A DNA stretch of 62,444 nucleotides, counting the filler, from Asterionella formosa (taxonomy: Eukaryota), in assembly GCA_002256025.1 (NCBI GenBank). It is 11 parts of 11 records of this genome, joined end to end, with 100 filler letters (N's around TTAATTAATTAA, not from the genome) between each part and the next. Parts side by side here need not be neighbours in the genome. Positions count along the whole stretch, not along the records: positions 56,875 to 62,444 come from NKIB01013010.1; 10 more parts are not named here. One strand, written 5' to 3'. Below, one piece after another: positions 60,793-62,444 of the stretch (its first letter is position 1; every line of letters starts with the position of its first letter). The position numbers and the translations under genes were made by a program. The notes beneath the pieces were generated by a model that saw nothing but the letters and a program-made list of their open reading frames with translations, was not told the DNA's origin and ran no database searches.

Positions 60793-61878
60793 ATGACTGC
60801 ATTTCATCCAACACCACAATCATTCATCAAGAACCAACAAAAGCAACAGCAGCTCCCTCGAAAAGGCTACAGGACTTGGATCAGTTTGGGAGACGAAGAG
60901 ACCAACATGAAGCAGGATGAAAGTGTTCAACTCAGAGGGCACAATATACGCAACACCATCATGTTGCCTTCTACCGTAACCAAACGAACCAACCGGTTGC
61001 ATAATTTAGTTCGCACTGCTCCAAAAATTAACGCATTTTCACCCAATAAGGCAGGCAAGCCTCTACGAAAGCATCTCATTTCAACAAAACTACTTTCGAC
61101 ACGAAGGCTCACCGACCATGACGAAAGCATGAGCCGTCCCCTCTTGCCGCTGACAACGTCGTTTGACTCAACGAAGGTTAACGCAATGATCATAAGCATT
61201 GGCGGTCCCTTGGACACCTACTTTGAAAGGATCGACAAAGTAAGAAAAAGTTGCCCTGTCGCATCTGACAGGGTAGGAAACGAAAGAGGTGTCAAGGTAG
61301 GAAACGAAAGAGGTGTCAACGAAATTTACAGAACTGCTTGTTCGACAGGGATGGACATTCTAAGTCAACGACGAAGTAGATCAACTAACCGTCACCATCT
61401 GGATTTCTTCGATATATCGCAAGAGATTTCCCTGATTGGTCAGGCAGTCGTTCCCTGGAAGACCTGCTTGAAAAGTGAGATTGTTCATATACCATCCCTT
61501 AAGGTACCTCAGCGCGACCCAATGCTAGAAATTAGCTGTAAGAAGCCCTATAAGGTAGAAGTCATTCCAAGGAAGCAACGCAACACGATTGATCCAGAGA
61601 TGGATTCCCAGAAAGTATCGAAAACAGAAAGGAAGCAAAAGAAGAGGCGATTTCTGAAGGTACCAGAAGGCTTTGCAGCTCAAATCAACGTGATGACTGG
61701 TCTCGTCGACCTCTTGTGTGTTGATCCGAGCCAAATCGCTCCAAAGGTAGAATTTATTCCTGAACTAACAAGGTGCACACAGGTTTGCATTCCGATGTCG
61801 GCGACTGCTTTGATCTCTCCGAGATCATTCCCTGATCTCGAGGTGCGTAGTGTACAAATGCGAAACTCTGCTGCGTAA
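60793..61878 (+). CDS. Hypothetical basic protein (361 aa) with an in-frame 24-nt tandem duplication (VGNERGVK-VGNERGVN)
   Basis: Long uninterrupted ORF; no recognised domain. Confidence 0.55.
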   Translation: MTAFHPTPQSFIKNQQKQQQLPRKGYRTWISLGDEETNMKQDESVQLRGHNIRNTIMLPSTVTKRTNRLHNLVRTAPKINAFSPNKAGKPLRKHLISTKLLSTRRLTDHDESMSRPLLPLTTSFDSTKVNAMIISIGGPLDTYFERIDKVRKSCPVASDRVGNERGVKVGNERGVNEIYRTACSTGMDILSQRRSRSTNRHHLDFFDISQEISLIGQAVVPWKTCLKSEIVHIPSLKVPQRDPMLEISCKKPYKVEVIPRKQRNTIDPEMDSQKVSKTERKQKKRRFLKVPEGFAAQINVMTGLVDLLCVDPSQIAPKVEFIPELTRCTQVCIPMSATALISPRSFPDLEVRSVQMRNSAA

Positions 61879-62444
61879 TCACTAGTATTTAATTGTGACT
61901 TGTAGTATTAATGCAGAATTTTAATTCATGTTCCACATTACAGCTCTTAGCGAAATTTCAATTATACATCGGAACACAAGATCCTGATGATTGCTATGGA
62001 AAACATTCACTTGTAATACGTGTCACAGGCCATGTATATATACCAATACAACCACGTCAACCAACTGCGCAAGTTTTAACTGATTATGTATATGGAATCA
62101 GTATATGTATAATTTTTAGATGTCAAAGAGGAATGAATGGCCAGCCATTTGAGTTCAAGGATAAGTTTCAAGATGGGGAACATCTCGGGAACCATGCAGA
62201 ATTTGTGCCATCTGAAATTTTCCCCAAGACTTCTCAGCACACCGAGCTCGTTCTCTACCTAGCATGCCATACCCGCGAACTTGATGATATCAACTGTTGA
62301 CATTACGTTTATGCTCCACATCTCTACTCGATAGCATTTTATGTAGTCTAGCGATCCTATCGAATTCCAGTTATTCCCGGGTCGTCGATATTCTTCGAAT
62401 GCATATTGCAGGTTACGAAAGTGATGCCATGATCAACTCACATG

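Overview
Eukaryotic nuclear DNA, most consistent with a diatom or other stramenopile: CoDi-type Copia elements, short GT-AG introns, a bipartite plastid-targeting-like presequence and a PGRL1-like fragment. The window is not one locus. It is 11 contigs of 5597 to 5570 bp in near-descending length order, joined by 100-nt N44-TTAATTAATTAA-N44 linkers, so adjacency across linkers carries no meaning. Host genes: ORC2, COQ8/ABC1, a LarC-like protein, a SERCA-type ATPase C-terminus, a VAMP7-like longin SNARE, CRAL-TRIO, an AAA_16/STAND-like ATPase, a RibD_C-like reductase, a CLC protein and several hypothetical proteins. About half of the window is transposon debris. The best lead is a Ty1/Copia element with no tRNA-type primer-binding site (PBS). 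The 15 nt directly after its 5' LTR (749-763) are the exact reverse complement of 611-625 inside that LTR, which is the geometry of Tf1-style self-priming. Other leads are a multi-copy TIR family with CGTCTGCAAATAAAAA ends, orphan gene fragments among TE debris (PGRL1, DUF3638-type), a LarC that lacks its N-terminal metal motifs, and an R-SNARE with Asn at the zero layer. All family assignments come from motif recognition by eye; no searches were run.
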